Positions 19,099 to 29,248 of a DNA stretch of 64,000 nt are shown here, piece by piece. This DNA comes from an uncultured Ferrimicrobium sp. (GTDB lineage: Bacteria; Actinomycetota; Acidimicrobiia; Acidimicrobiales; RAAP-2), in the NCBI GenBank assembly GCA_964434455.1, contig CAYSVK010000003.1, positions 240,248 to 304,247 on the forward strand. The letters run 5' to 3'. A program made the translations under genes and the position numbers. Each line of letters starts with the position of its first letter. Within the stretch, counting starts at the first letter, position 1. The notes beneath the pieces were generated by a model. It was given only the letters and a program-made list of their open reading frames with translations, searched no databases and was not told where the DNA came from.

Positions 19099-19731
19099 GT
19101 GCCGGTCGCCGATCTGCGCGTCGATCGCGCACCGCTGAGCCCCGACGAAATTGACGAAGCGGCGTTGGTGGCCGTTCGGGGCTTTTATACGGACCCGTTC
19201 TTTCTCTACCTCTCCCCCAAGGCACGTTTGCGCGCGCGCGGACTGTTCTTGTTCTTTCGCACGGCGCTGCGTCACCTCGGGCCCGGCGGACATCTCGTCG
19301 TGGTGCGTGACGGCTCCGGGCGGATCGTCGGCGTCTCGGCATGGCTCGCGCCAGGTGGCTACCCCCAGCCCATCGCCACCCAACTCGCCGCGATCCCCGG
19401 CTCATTTCGTGCTCTGTATCGCCGCCCGCGCGCGCTCGTTGATGGGACGAAGTACTTGAACGAAATCGCGCGCGCTCACCCCAAAGAGCCCCACTGGTAC
19501 TTGTACCTGCTCGTCGCGGATCCCGAGATTCAGCGAGGCGGAGTCGGCTCGCTGCTTGTGAACGATCGGTTGCCCGAGGTCGACGAGGCTGGGGTCGGTA
19601 GCTACCTCGAGACTCAAAAGACTGACAACTTCGCGTACTACCGACGATTCGGCTACGAGCTCGTCAAGCCGCTGAACCCCGTGCCGGGCGGTCCGCCGAT
19701 CTACACGCTGTGGCGTCCGCCACGGTCGTAG
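19099..19731 (+). CDS. GNAT family N-acetyltransferase
   Basis: HWYLYLLVADPEIQRGGVGSLL, YLET...NFAYYRRFGY. Confidence 0.88.
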   Translation: MPVADLRVDRAPLSPDEIDEAALVAVRGFYTDPFFLYLSPKARLRARGLFLFFRTALRHLGPGGHLVVVRDGSGRIVGVSAWLAPGGYPQPIATQLAAIPGSFRALYRRPRALVDGTKYLNEIARAHPKEPHWYLYLLVADPEIQRGGVGSLLVNDRLPEVDEAGVGSYLETQKTDNFAYYRRFGYELVKPLNPVPGGPPIYTLWRPPRS

Positions 19732-19750
19732 GTTGAATCTCGTAGGCGAC

Positions 19751-20257
19751 ATGAGTGACGAACAGGAAATTCCCGGACTGGACCCTGGTCAGTACCCGCA
19801 TCTCGTCAGTCGTCGTTTGCAGTTCGATCAGTTGCTCTGGCAGACCCCAACCCTCGCCCTGACTGGCGAGGCGTTTCTTTTTTCCATCGCCCTCGGTAAC
19901 GGCATCTCACACCTCGCACGCGTGATTGCCTCGGCGCTCGCCTTCGTCGTCTCGTGGGCCAGTTTGCACACTCTCGCCATGCACCGAACCAATGAGTTGG
20001 CCGACGCTCGACTGATCGGCGAATTTGAAGCGGGAACCTCGCGCGTTCCCGTCCACGGTCCGGACTGGCGCGACTACCGCTCGGCGCTGGCTCGACGACA
20101 TGAATCCGTCGACAGTGGTAGCGAGTTGACCGACCGCCTGATCGCGCGTCTAACGAGAATTCGCGGCATCGAGGTGTGGTTCTGGACGCTCTCGTTCATT
20201 GTCGTTCTGAGTCTGGGGCTGTTGGTGGTCGCGATTGTGCGACCGGGCTGGCTGTGA
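19751..20257 (+). CDS. Hypothetical membrane protein (about 3 TM)
   Basis: Hydrophobic segments; fills the gap between GNAT and sufB; start could be 19733. Confidence 0.65.
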   Translation: MSDEQEIPGLDPGQYPHLVSRRLQFDQLLWQTPTLALTGEAFLFSIALGNGISHLARVIASALAFVVSWASLHTLAMHRTNELADARLIGEFEAGTSRVPVHGPDWRDYRSALARRHESVDSGSELTDRLIARLTRIRGIEVWFWTLSFIVVLSLGLLVVAIVRPGWL

Positions 20258-20258
20258 G

Positions 20259-21692
20259 CTAGCCCACCGAACCTTCCATCTGCAGTTCGATCAATCGGCT
20301 CCACTCAACGGCGTATTCCATCGGCAGGGTGCGCGTGACCGGTTCAATGAAACCGTTCACGATCATGCCCATCGCTTGGGCCTCAGTCAACCCGCGGCTC
20401 ATCAAATAGAAGAGCTGTTCGTCGCCGATCTTGGACACGGTCGCCTCATGGCCAATCGACGCGTCCTGCTCACCAACCTCCATGTAGGGCTTGGTTTCTG
20501 AGATCGACTGCTCGTCCAGGATCAGCGCGTCGCAGCGCACGAATGACTTGGCGCCCGTCGCGCCCTCTTCCACACGCACCAGTCCGCGGTACGTGGTCTG
20601 GCCCCCGTCCTTGGAGATGGACTTCGACACGATCGTGGAGGTCGTCTCGGGTGCGCAGTGAATCATCTTCGCGCCGGCGTCTTGGATTTGGCCGGGCCCG
20701 GCGTACGCGACCGAGAGAACTTCCCCGGAGGCCTTCGGTCCCATGAGGTACACCGACGGGTACTTCATCGTGAGACGCGAGCCAATGTTGCCGTCGATCC
20801 ACTCCACGTGCGCTTCAGCTTCGGCGCGAGCGCGCTTGGTCACGAGGTTGTAGACGTTGGTCGACCAGTTCTGGATCGTTGTGTAGGTAATGCGTGAACC
20901 GGGCAGCGCGATGAGCTCGACGACGGCAGAGTGCAGTGAGTCAGTGGAGTACACCGGAGCCGAGCAGCCTTCGACGTAGTGGACCTGTGAGCCTTCATCC
21001 GCGATGATGAGGGTCCGTTCGAACTGACCCATGTTTTCGGTGTTGATGCGGAAGTACGCCTGCAGCGGCTGGTCGACTTTCACGCCAGGCGGCACGTAGA
21101 TGAATGAGCCCCCACTCCAGACTGCGGAGTTCAATGCAGCGAACTTGTTGTCGTTCGGCGGAATCACCGTGCCGAAATACTTCTGGACCAACTCCGGGTA
21201 CTCACGCACCGCGGTGTCCATGTCGCAGAACAGCACGCCCATCGCTTCTAAATCGGCGCGGTTGCGGTGAAAGACGACTTCTGATTCGTACTGGGCCGTC
21301 ACGCCCGCCAAGTACTTGCGCTCGGCCTCAGGGATACCGAGGCGCTCGTAGGTGTTTTTGATCGCGTCCGGCAGGTCTTCCCAGCGATCGACCTGATTTT
21401 CGGTGGGCTTGACGTAGTAGTAGATGTTGTCGAAATCGAGGTCGGGCATTCGCTCGGCGAACCACGGCATCATCGGCTTCTTCTCGAAACGCTTCAGCGC
21501 CGAGAGGCGGAATTTGCGCATCCACTCGGGCTCGGACTTGATGTCGCTCATCTCGCGAACGATCGATTCGTTGAGGCCCTTCTTGGGCTTAAAGACCGGC
21601 AGCGACTCGTCGCTCCACCCCAACTCGTATCGGCTGAAGTCCAGCTGTTCTACGGCCACATCTGCTCCCGCGCGAGTTATTCCTATGTCCAT
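20259..21692 (-). CDS. sufB: Fe-S cluster assembly protein SufB
   Basis: [46 protein letters not shown]; no intein. Confidence 0.96.
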   Translation of the reverse strand: MDIGITRAGADVAVEQLDFSRYELGWSDESLPVFKPKKGLNESIVREMSDIKSEPEWMRKFRLSALKRFEKKPMMPWFAERMPDLDFDNIYYYVKPTENQVDRWEDLPDAIKNTYERLGIPEAERKYLAGVTAQYESEVVFHRNRADLEAMGVLFCDMDTAVREYPELVQKYFGTVIPPNDNKFAALNSAVWSGGSFIYVPPGVKVDQPLQAYFRINTENMGQFERTLIIADEGSQVHYVEGCSAPVYSTDSLHSAVVELIALPGSRITYTTIQNWSTNVYNLVTKRARAEAEAHVEWIDGNIGSRLTMKYPSVYLMGPKASGEVLSVAYAGPGQIQDAGAKMIHCAPETTSTIVSKSISKDGGQTTYRGLVRVEEGATGAKSFVRCDALILDEQSISETKPYMEVGEQDASIGHEATVSKIGDEQLFYLMSRGLTEAQAMGMIVNGFIEPVTRTLPMEYAVEWSRLIELQMEGSVG

Positions 21693-21742
21693 AGTAACAA
21701 CTCAGAAGCCGAAAAATACCGCTGAACTGGCAGAGTAAGCGG

Positions 21743-23899
21743 GTGAAGAGCGCCCCCCGAGCCCCCCAACGGCCCCATGAAATCACCCGACACGGCGACA
21801 CGCGGGTCGACCCGTACTACTGGCTCATGGACCGCGACAACGAAGAGGTCCTCGCACATTTGCGCTCCGAGAACGACTTTGTTCGTACCGAGCTCGGACA
21901 CTTAAGTGCGCTGCAGTCCGACATCTTCGCGGAGATCAAGAGTCACGTTGAAGAGACCGACACCTCCGTGCCGGTGCGCAAGGGATCGTGGTGGCACTTC
22001 GAGCGAACGCGCGAGGGATTGAGCTACCCCGTCTCGTGTCGCGCGCCGGTGAGCGGCGACGGTGCGGTGCCGCCAACGATCGATCCGCTCACGACCGTGC
22101 CCGGCGAACAGATCGTGCTCGATGAAAACATTGAAGCGGCGGGTCACGACTTTCTGTCGGTGGGTGTGCTGGCGGTGAGTCCCGACGACCGCTGGGTCGC
22201 CGTCGGCGTCGACTTTGCGGGTCACGAGCGACACACGCTCACCGTGCGGCCTCTGGATGGCCAGGCGGCTCCGAGCGAAGCGATTCCCGACGTCTACTAC
22301 GGCTTTGCGTGGGCCGCGGATTCGACTCACTTTTTTTACACGACTGTCGATGACGCCATGAGGCCGCATCGTCTCTGGCGTCACCAAGTGGGCACTGATC
22401 CCACCGAAGACGTTCTCGTTTACGAGGAGCCCGACGCGCAGTTCACGGTGTCGGTCGGACGATCACGAGATGACGCGGTGATTGTCGTGCAACTGAACAG
22501 TTCCATGACGACCGAAGCGCGGTTCCTGTCGGCGCATCGACCGAACGAAGATCTACAGGTCCTCGACGTGCGCCAACACGGAGTTGAGTACGCCGTCGAA
22601 CACTTCATCGACGCCGATGAGACGGCGTGGTGGTTAAAGGTCACCAATGAAGGTGCGACCGACTTTCGCCTCCTCGCTCGACGCGAAAGTGACACCGAGT
22701 GGACCGAAGTCGTCGCGGAGCGAGCGGGCGTTCGCCTCGATGGGGTCGATGCGTTCCAAGACTTCTGGGCGCTCAGTGAACGGTGCGAAGGATCGGCCGC
22801 CGTCCGCATCGTTCCCCTCACGAGCGGGCGAATCAGCGACGATGTTCTTAGGCAGTCGTATCTCGTGCGTTCTGACGTGGAACCGAGCACGGTGGTCCTG
22901 TCGGCCAATCCCGAGCGAAAGACAACGCAGTTGCGCGTCGTGGTCACCTCGTTAGTCACGCCCAGGCTCGTCGCCGATGTCGACGTCGCCACAGGGCGAC
23001 TCGATGTGCGTAAACAGCAGATCGTTCCGGGGGGCTTTGACGAAAGCCACTACGTCACCGGTCGGCTCTGGGTGTCGGCCAGCGACGGGCACCGCATACC
23101 CGTCTCACTCGTTGCTCGGCGAGATCTCGTCGAAGTTGATGACGTCGGGACTTTGCGGGCCACGTCACCGCAACCGCTGTTGCTCTACGGCTACGGCAGC
23201 TACGAGATCTCCATTGATCCGTCGTTCTCGCCGAGTCGACTGTCGTTGCTGGATCGGGGAATCATCTTCGCTATCGCGCACATTCGCGGTGGCGGCGAAA
23301 TGGGCCGCTCGTGGTACGAGATGGGCAAGCTCGCCCAAAAGCCGACGACCTTCAGCGATTTCGTCGCCGTCGCTCGACACCTCGTTGAACTTGGTTGGAC
23401 CTCGAGCGATCAACTGGCCGCTCGAGGCGGTTCGGCTGGCGGACTGTTGATGGGTGCGGTCGTCAACCTGGCTCCCGAACTGTTCAAGTGCGTCGTCGCC
23501 GAAGTGCCCTTCGTTGACGCTCTCACGACGATGCTCAACGACACGCTGCCGCTCACCGTCGGCGAATGGGAGGAGTGGGGCAATCCCGACGCGTCGCCGA
23601 CGGCGTATCGCACGATGAAGTCGTATTCGCCTTACGACAACGTCGTGTCGCACAATGCCGACGGCACGGCGCGGACGTACCCGCACGTCTACGCGACCGG
23701 CGGACTGAACGACTCTCGCGTTGGCTTTTGGGAACCGGCCAAGTGGGTTTTGGCCCTGCGCTCCGCGAGCGACGACAACGTCGCGTACCTCAAGACCGAG
23801 ATGGGTACCGGGCACGCTGGGCCGAGCGGACGTTACGACGCGTGGCGCGACGAATCCGAAGTGCTCTCCTACGTCGTGAGCGAAATCACGCGCCGCTAG
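21743..23899 (+). CDS. ptrB: Oligopeptidase B (S9A prolyl oligopeptidase family)
   Basis: DPYYWL, LYGYGSY, RGGGEMG, GGSAGG nucleophile, DSRV, GHAG. Confidence 0.9.
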   Translation: MKSAPRAPQRPHEITRHGDTRVDPYYWLMDRDNEEVLAHLRSENDFVRTELGHLSALQSDIFAEIKSHVEETDTSVPVRKGSWWHFERTREGLSYPVSCRAPVSGDGAVPPTIDPLTTVPGEQIVLDENIEAAGHDFLSVGVLAVSPDDRWVAVGVDFAGHERHTLTVRPLDGQAAPSEAIPDVYYGFAWAADSTHFFYTTVDDAMRPHRLWRHQVGTDPTEDVLVYEEPDAQFTVSVGRSRDDAVIVVQLNSSMTTEARFLSAHRPNEDLQVLDVRQHGVEYAVEHFIDADETAWWLKVTNEGATDFRLLARRESDTEWTEVVAERAGVRLDGVDAFQDFWALSERCEGSAAVRIVPLTSGRISDDVLRQSYLVRSDVEPSTVVLSANPERKTTQLRVVVTSLVTPRLVADVDVATGRLDVRKQQIVPGGFDESHYVTGRLWVSASDGHRIPVSLVARRDLVEVDDVGTLRATSPQPLLLYGYGSYEISIDPSFSPSRLSLLDRGIIFAIAHIRGGGEMGRSWYEMGKLAQKPTTFSDFVAVARHLVELGWTSSDQLAARGGSAGGLLMGAVVNLAPELFKCVVAEVPFVDALTTMLNDTLPLTVGEWEEWGNPDASPTAYRTMKSYSPYDNVVSHNADGTARTYPHVYATGGLNDSRVGFWEPAKWVLALRSASDDNVAYLKTEMGTGHAGPSGRYDAWRDESEVLSYVVSEITRR

Positions 23900-24377
23900 G
23901 CGGCACCGTCGTCGTCGTGGTGGTCGTGGTGGTGGTCGTTGACGTCGAAGAGTGCGCCTGGAGGTAAGCACCCGCCCCGATGAGTGCGGCAATCACAAGA
24001 ATGCCGATGATCAAGACGCGCAGAGAGGCCGACGACATCCGACTGCGCCTCGTCGATCGCTCGAGCAGCCACCGTTCGTCGTGACGGCGACGGGCCGCGG
24101 CTGTATCTGCTTCGCCGCTGTCGGTGAAGACCGTTTGGGTCACGTGTTCGAGTCGAGCTCTCGACGGTTCGGCTCGCTGCAGCGGAACCTCACCGGGTTC
24201 AAGCAGTCGCACCCCGCGCGAGGACTCGTACGGCGCGGGCGCCAATGAACTAAGCGACGCGGCGTGGCGTCGTCGAGCTGCCGCAGCCTCGCGCTTGAGT
24301 CGGCGAAAGCGGATCATGGCGATCACCACGGCCAGCGCAATGACACCGAGCAGGGCGCTCGTTACGGCCACAGTCAT
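23886..24377 (-). CDS. Hypothetical two-TM protein with a poly-Thr tail
   Basis: N- and C-terminal hydrophobic helices; STSTTTTTTTTTTTVPP. Confidence 0.6.
   Translation of the reverse strand: MTVAVTSALLGVIALAVVIAMIRFRRLKREAAAARRRHAASLSSLAPAPYESSRGVRLLEPGEVPLQRAEPSRARLEHVTQTVFTDSGEADTAAARRRHDERWLLERSTRRSRMSSASLRVLIIGILVIAALIGAGAYLQAHSSTSTTTTTTTTTTTVPPSGA
23904..23945 (-). repeat. Low-complexity (ACN)n trinucleotide run encoding poly-Thr
   Basis: + strand gtcgtcgtcgtggtggtcgtggtggtggtcgtt. Confidence 0.7.
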
Positions 24378-24444
24378 AGTGAGATCCGGTTGCGCGGCGG
24401 TCGGAAGCGACTCGCCGTCACGCGCGAAGCGTAGTGAAACCCCG

Positions 24445-24921
24445 TTACGAAATGAACGATCCGTAGCCCCCGCGGTAGTACACGAGGGGCTGGCCGTCCG
24501 CGGTGTCCAGGTGCGTCACCGCCGCAATCGCGATGTCGTGATCGCCGTGCGTGACGACGTCCACGATCGTGGCCTCGAGGTGCGCTAGTGAACCCGCGAT
24601 AATCGGCGCTCGATTCTCTCCTTCACGCCACGCGAGACCCTCAAACCGCTCCGCACCCGTGGTCGCGAACACTCGCGCCACCGCTTCTTGACCCTTTTCG
24701 AGAATGTTCACCGCGACGTGGCGCACGTGGCGAATCTTCGGCCACGACACGCCCTGAGATTTGGCCGCAAAGGTCACGAGCACCGGTTCGAGCGACAGCG
24801 AACCGAATGACTGACAGGTAAATCCGGCGGGGCCGTCAGGAGTCATTGCCGTGATGACCGCCACCCCGCTGGCAAAGTGCCCAACGACTTCGCGGTATCG
24901 CGCGATGTCGATGTCAGACAT
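24445..24921 (-). CDS. Flavin reductase family protein
   Basis: YREVVGHFASGVAVIT, GFTCQSFGSLSLEP, GDHDI; start ATG 24921 with TAATGT -10 box 7 nt upstream. Confidence 0.88.
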   Translation of the reverse strand: MSDIDIARYREVVGHFASGVAVITAMTPDGPAGFTCQSFGSLSLEPVLVTFAAKSQGVSWPKIRHVRHVAVNILEKGQEAVARVFATTGAERFEGLAWREGENRAPIIAGSLAHLEATIVDVVTHGDHDIAIAAVTHLDTADGQPLVYYRGGYGSFIS

Positions 24922-24957
24922 TTGGCCGACATTATCGGTGGCCAGTACGTTGAAATC

Positions 24958-25824
24958 ATGAACGAAGTCGTGGTGCAGTTCGATGATGTGGCGCTCAACT
25001 GCGTTGTGGATGGTCCCGAAGACGGGACTCTTGCGCTGTGCCTGCACGGCTTTCCCGACACGCGCGCCACGTTCCGGCACCTCGCGCCCACGCTCGTAGA
25101 TCTCGGGTATCGCGTCGTGCGACCCGCAATGCGGGGCTACGCACCGAGCTCACTAGCGACGGACGACTCGTATCAAGTGGCGGCGCTGGCCCACGACGCG
25201 AATCGGCTGCACGAATATTTCGGCGGTGGCAGCGACGCCGTGCTCATCGGTCACGACTGGGGTGCGGGCGCGACGTACCTCGCGACCTTGGCCGCCCCGC
25301 AGCGGTGGCGTCGCGCCGTGACGATCGCGGTTCCGCCTCTCGGACGCATGGCGGCCGGATTTCTCGACATCGCGCAACTCAAGACCAGTTGGTACATGTG
25401 GCTTGCCGGATCACCGTTCGGCGAGTTCGCGTTCTCAGCCAACGACCTCGCGATCATCACCCAGCTGTGGGCTGACTGGTCTCCTGGCTATGACGGGCGC
25501 GACGATGTAGCGCGCGTGCGCGATGCGCTGGGCGATCCCGGTCGAGTCCGCGCGGCGGTCTCGTACTACCGCGACATGTTCCGGCCCGCCACTAATCCCG
25601 ATGTGATGGCCGTCGCCACGGCGCAAACCAATGCCCCCACCGTTCCGATCCTGTATCTCCAGGGCGATGCGTGCGGTTGTGTCCTCATGAGCACGGTCGG
25701 AGAGCCGTTGACACTGCTCGCGCCCGGATCGCGCTACGAGGTGATTGACGGTGCCGGACACTTCGCGCAACTCGAACAGCCCGAGCGAGTGAACGCTCTG
25801 GTGTCAGAGTGGCTCGCTAACTAG
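24958..25824 (+). CDS. Alpha/beta hydrolase (epoxide hydrolase/dehalogenase-like, Asp nucleophile)
   Basis: HGFPD, MRGYAPS, GHDWGA, GAGHF; start ATG 24958 with TACGTT -10 box 6 nt upstream. Confidence 0.88.
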   Translation: MNEVVVQFDDVALNCVVDGPEDGTLALCLHGFPDTRATFRHLAPTLVDLGYRVVRPAMRGYAPSSLATDDSYQVAALAHDANRLHEYFGGGSDAVLIGHDWGAGATYLATLAAPQRWRRAVTIAVPPLGRMAAGFLDIAQLKTSWYMWLAGSPFGEFAFSANDLAIITQLWADWSPGYDGRDDVARVRDALGDPGRVRAAVSYYRDMFRPATNPDVMAVATAQTNAPTVPILYLQGDACGCVLMSTVGEPLTLLAPGSRYEVIDGAGHFAQLEQPERVNALVSEWLAN

Positions 25825-26651
25825 TTCGACACGCTTAGCCACTCCCCGTCGCGCACAATGAGGCCGTCGCGTTCCAGTGATGCGGTGGCGTCCTCAGTGC
25901 GTTCCCCGAACTGTCGCACTAGGTCCCGTTGGCGTTGCGTGCTCTGAGTCAACGTCCGCAGCACCTGACCGCGCAGCTCGCGCAGTGAGCCGCGAAACGG
26001 GTGCTGCGCTCGAGAGACTCCCGCAGAGCGCGTGGCCGGATCATCGGTGTCGCCGGCGCGCCACGAACACGCCGATCGAAGTGGGCACGATGCACATTGC
26101 GGTTGGGCGCGACAAAACATTGCGCCCACGTCGATGAGGGCCTGATTGATCTCTGCGGAGCGACCGGCGCGCACGAGGTCGTCCGCAAGCCGCTGCGCCG
26201 CTGAGGGTGTGAGGCGAGAACCGCTGGTTCGAGCGAGCACTCGACCAACGTTGGTGTCGACAATGCCGCAGCGCTCGTTGAAACCGAAACTGAGCACGGC
26301 GCGTGCCGTGTACGGGCCGACTCCGGGCAATGCGAGCAGCGACTCCAGCTGGTTCGGCACTTCCCCGTTGTGTTGACCGACGATTTGTTTCGCCGCGAGA
26401 TGCAAGTGGCGCGCTCGGCGCGGATAGCCGAGGCCTTGCCAGAGCGCCAGCACATCGACGAGCGAACTATTCGCGAGATGCGTGGGCGAGGGGAAGCGAT
26501 CAATGAATTCGTCCCAGCGCACACCCACGCGCGACACCGAGGTCTGCTGGAGCATGACTTCGCTCACGAGCACTCGCCACGGCGTGCGACCGTGACACCA
26601 CGGCAGGTGGCGATTCAGTGCTGGCGCGGCGCGCAGCAACCGCCGCCGCAC
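25821..26651 (-). CDS. mutY: A/G-specific adenine glycosylase (short actinobacterial type)
   Basis: VSEVMLQQT, WQGLGYPRRA, LPGVGPYTA, VDTNV, C-terminal Fe-S cysteines. Confidence 0.88.
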   Translation of the reverse strand: MRRRLLRAAPALNRHLPWCHGRTPWRVLVSEVMLQQTSVSRVGVRWDEFIDRFPSPTHLANSSLVDVLALWQGLGYPRRARHLHLAAKQIVGQHNGEVPNQLESLLALPGVGPYTARAVLSFGFNERCGIVDTNVGRVLARTSGSRLTPSAAQRLADDLVRAGRSAEINQALIDVGAMFCRAQPQCASCPLRSACSWRAGDTDDPATRSAGVSRAQHPFRGSLRELRGQVLRTLTQSTQRQRDLVRQFGERTEDATASLERDGLIVRDGEWLSVSN

Positions 26652-26662
26652 TGCGGGCGAGT

Positions 26663-27178
26663 TCAGTTCCAGACGTCCTCGGAGTACGGACGACGTCGGG
26701 CGGGGGCGAAGTCGCGTTTCCAGACCATGACCTTGCGGCGGAAGTAGCAGACCTCGAGTCCGTCCTGATTGAACCCTTTGGTTTCGACCGTCACGATGCC
26801 GCGATCATTCTTGGAGCTCGACGCCACTCGATCGAGCACGTGAGTCTCGGCGTAGATGGTGTCGCCGTGAAAGGTCGGATTCTTGTGGACCAGGGATTCA
26901 ATCTCAAGGTTCGCAATCGCCGCCCCGCTCACGTCGGGCACGCTCATGCCGAGGATGAGTGAGTACACGAGGTTCCCCACCACCACGTTACGACCCTGCA
27001 CCGTTTCGTGCTCGGCGAACCACGCGTTGGTATGCAGCGGGTGATGATTCATCGTGATCATGCAGAACAGGTGGTCGTCGGCCTCGGTGATGGTCTTACC
27101 CGGCCAGTGGCGGTAGATGTCGCCGGGTTCGAACTCTTCGAAGTAGCGCCCGAACGGGCGGTCGTACGTCGTCACCAC
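26663..27178 (-). CDS. MaoC-family (hot-dog) dehydratase, probable mesaconyl-CoA hydratase
   Basis: FGRYFEEF, HWPGKTITEADDHLF, MNHHPLH, LGMSVPDVSG, PTFHGDT; resembles the MaoC of Streptomyces ethylmalonyl-CoA clusters (from memory). Confidence 0.8.
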   Translation of the reverse strand: MVTTYDRPFGRYFEEFEPGDIYRHWPGKTITEADDHLFCMITMNHHPLHTNAWFAEHETVQGRNVVVGNLVYSLILGMSVPDVSGAAIANLEIESLVHKNPTFHGDTIYAETHVLDRVASSSKNDRGIVTVETKGFNQDGLEVCYFRRKVMVWKRDFAPARRRPYSEDVWN

Positions 27179-27182
27179 ACTC

Positions 27183-27611
27183 CTAGCTTTCGATTTCGCG
27201 CGCCGGTCGAGTGGAGAACGCCACCGTCGCACCCGGCAAGGTGTCGCCGTCGATGAACAGTCGCCACTGGAACCTCGACGACGGTGCCAGTTCGAGCGGC
27301 GGAATGCCGAGGGCGATCGGAAAGTCCACGGGCGCTCCGTCGGGCACACCATTTGGTTGTCCCACGGAAAATTCGCCGCGGATCTCGATCGGTTGAAGCT
27401 CTTGACCGACGCGCACCGGTTGACCGTCGGCGTCTTCGAGCACCAACTCCCAGTGATGAACGCGCTCGACTTCGTGACGATCGACGTTGAGCTTGATCAC
27501 GATTGAGGACGGAGAAGGATCCGGTCCCGTGACCGACCAACCGCCCCCGAGGATGTAGAGCTTGCCGTCAGCGATTTGGGCACTGTCAGCGAGCATCATC
27601 AGAACCTGCAC
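27183..27611 (-). CDS. Conserved hypothetical protein (DUF6941-like)
   Basis: MMLADSAQIADGKLYILGGGW; TAGGCT -10 box 6 nt before GTG. Confidence 0.7.
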   Translation of the reverse strand: MQVLMMLADSAQIADGKLYILGGGWSVTGPDPSPSSIVIKLNVDRHEVERVHHWELVLEDADGQPVRVGQELQPIEIRGEFSVGQPNGVPDGAPVDFPIALGIPPLELAPSSRFQWRLFIDGDTLPGATVAFSTRPAREIES

Positions 27612-27667
27612 GCAGCGAGCCTACGAGTCCGTATGGGTTCGAGAAGTTCCTGTGTAACTTGAGTCGC

Positions 27668-29248
27668 GTGACGACCGTCTCACGCGAAACCGACGTCGCG
27701 ACGTCGCTCGTGGCTCACGCGCAGTCCCTCATTTCGAGCGCGGCGCGCCGCCTCGGTGAGCTCGGCGGCCCCGAGATCCACCAGGTCTTGGCCTACGACC
27801 TCGCCCACCTCGCGAGCGCCGTCGCAACCGCGCAGTCCGCCCTGAAGTACGCCGAGCTCGGCGAAGAAGAGCGCGCGCTGGCCAGCGCCTTCATCGCCAT
27901 CGCCCTGGGTGACCTCGGCAGTCGCGTGGTAGGACGCGAGGAGCTCTTTGGCTGGGACGCCAACTTTTTTGATCCGTTTCGCGACTTCGTCAATCGGTAC
28001 CGCAGCCCTGAATTCCTCGCCTCGGTAGCCGAACGTCCCGGCGATCGCCACCTCGATGACTCCTTTGGCATGGTGGCGGAGACCTTTCACCGATTCGCTC
28101 TCGAGAAAGTTCGCCCGTACGCCGAGCACGTGCACCGCGACAATGACGATGTTCCCGAGTCAGTCATCCAGGGTCTCGCCGAACTCGGAGGGTTTGGACT
28201 CTCGGTGCCCGAGGAATTCGGAGGATTCGCTTCGGGCGACGAGTCTGACTACCTCGGCATGGTGGTGGCGACCGAAGAGCTGTCCTGGGGCGCGCTCGGT
28301 ATTGGCGGGTCGCTCATTACCCGACCGGAGATTCTCACGCGCGCTCTCATCGATGGAGGGACTGACGAGCAAAAGGCCACGTGGCTGCCCCAACTGGCCA
28401 GCGGCGAGAAACTCGCGGCGGTCGCGGTCACCGAACCCGACTTCGGCAGCGACGTTGCCTCAATCACAACGACCGCAATCGCCCACGGCGATGCGTTTCT
28501 GATCAACGGCACCAAGACGTGGTGCACATTTGCGGCCCGTGCGGACGTATTGATGTTGCTCGCGCGGACCAACCCTGACCGATCAGTTGGTCGGCGAGGA
28601 CTCTCACTGTTCTTGGTTGAAAAACCGATCGGTGACGGGCACGGGTTCTTGTTCAACCAACCAGACGGAGGTCGACTCGAAGGTCGACCGATCGACACTC
28701 TGGGGTATCGCGGGATGCACTCCTACGAAGTGAGTTTCACCGATTGGATCGTGCCCGCCACCGCGCTCGTCGGCGGCGAAGCGGGATTGGGCCGCGGGTT
28801 CTACCTACAGATGGCTGGATTTGAAAACGGTCGGATCCAGACCGCCGCGCGAGCGATTGGCGTGATGCAGGCGGCGTACGACGCGGCTCTCGAGTACGCG
28901 CGCAGCCGCATGATCTTTGGCCGCCCGTTGCTCGACTACGAGCTCACCCGCGTGAAACTCGGCACCATGGCCGCGATCATCCAGTGCGCCCGCCAGTTCT
29001 CCTATGACGTGGCGCGACTGATGGCCCGCGGTGAAGGCTCGTTGGAGGCGTCGATGGCCAAGGCGTACGTCTGTCGAGCCGCCGAGTGGGTGACCCGCGA
29101 AGCGATGCAGATTCACGGCGGCATGGGCTACGCCGAGGAGTTCCCGGTCAGTCGCTACTTCGTCGACGCCCGGGTGTTATCCATCTTCGAAGGCGCCGAT
29201 GAAACGTTGTGCCTCAAAGTCATTGCGCGGCGGCTCATTGGTGAGTGA
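27668..29248 (+). CDS. Acyl-CoA dehydrogenase with N-terminal extension, probable (2S)-methylsuccinyl-CoA dehydrogenase
   Basis: About 530 aa; VAVTEPDFGSD, GSLITRPEIL, LGYRGMHSYE, FENGRIQTAARA, IFEGADE; start 27668 (TAACTT -10 box) or 27659. Confidence 0.8.
   Translation: MTTVSRETDVATSLVAHAQSLISSAARRLGELGGPEIHQVLAYDLAHLASAVATAQSALKYAELGEEERALASAFIAIALGDLGSRVVGREELFGWDANFFDPFRDFVNRYRSPEFLASVAERPGDRHLDDSFGMVAETFHRFALEKVRPYAEHVHRDNDDVPESVIQGLAELGGFGLSVPEEFGGFASGDESDYLGMVVATEELSWGALGIGGSLITRPEILTRALIDGGTDEQKATWLPQLASGEKLAAVAVTEPDFGSDVASITTTAIAHGDAFLINGTKTWCTFAARADVLMLLARTNPDRSVGRRGLSLFLVEKPIGDGHGFLFNQPDGGRLEGRPIDTLGYRGMHSYEVSFTDWIVPATALVGGEAGLGRGFYLQMAGFENGRIQTAARAIGVMQAAYDAALEYARSRMIFGRPLLDYELTRVKLGTMAAIIQCARQFSYDVARLMARGEGSLEASMAKAYVCRAAEWVTREAMQIHGGMGYAEEFPVSRYFVDARVLSIFEGADETLCLKVIARRLIGE

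Noticed and set aside
20259-21692. Intein in SufB, as in some mycobacteria
   Set aside because: Length (477 aa) and continuous motifs leave no insertion
23904-23945. Trinucleotide run as a phase-variation locus
   Set aside because: Mixed ACC/ACG codons in frame; length changes would only alter a Thr linker
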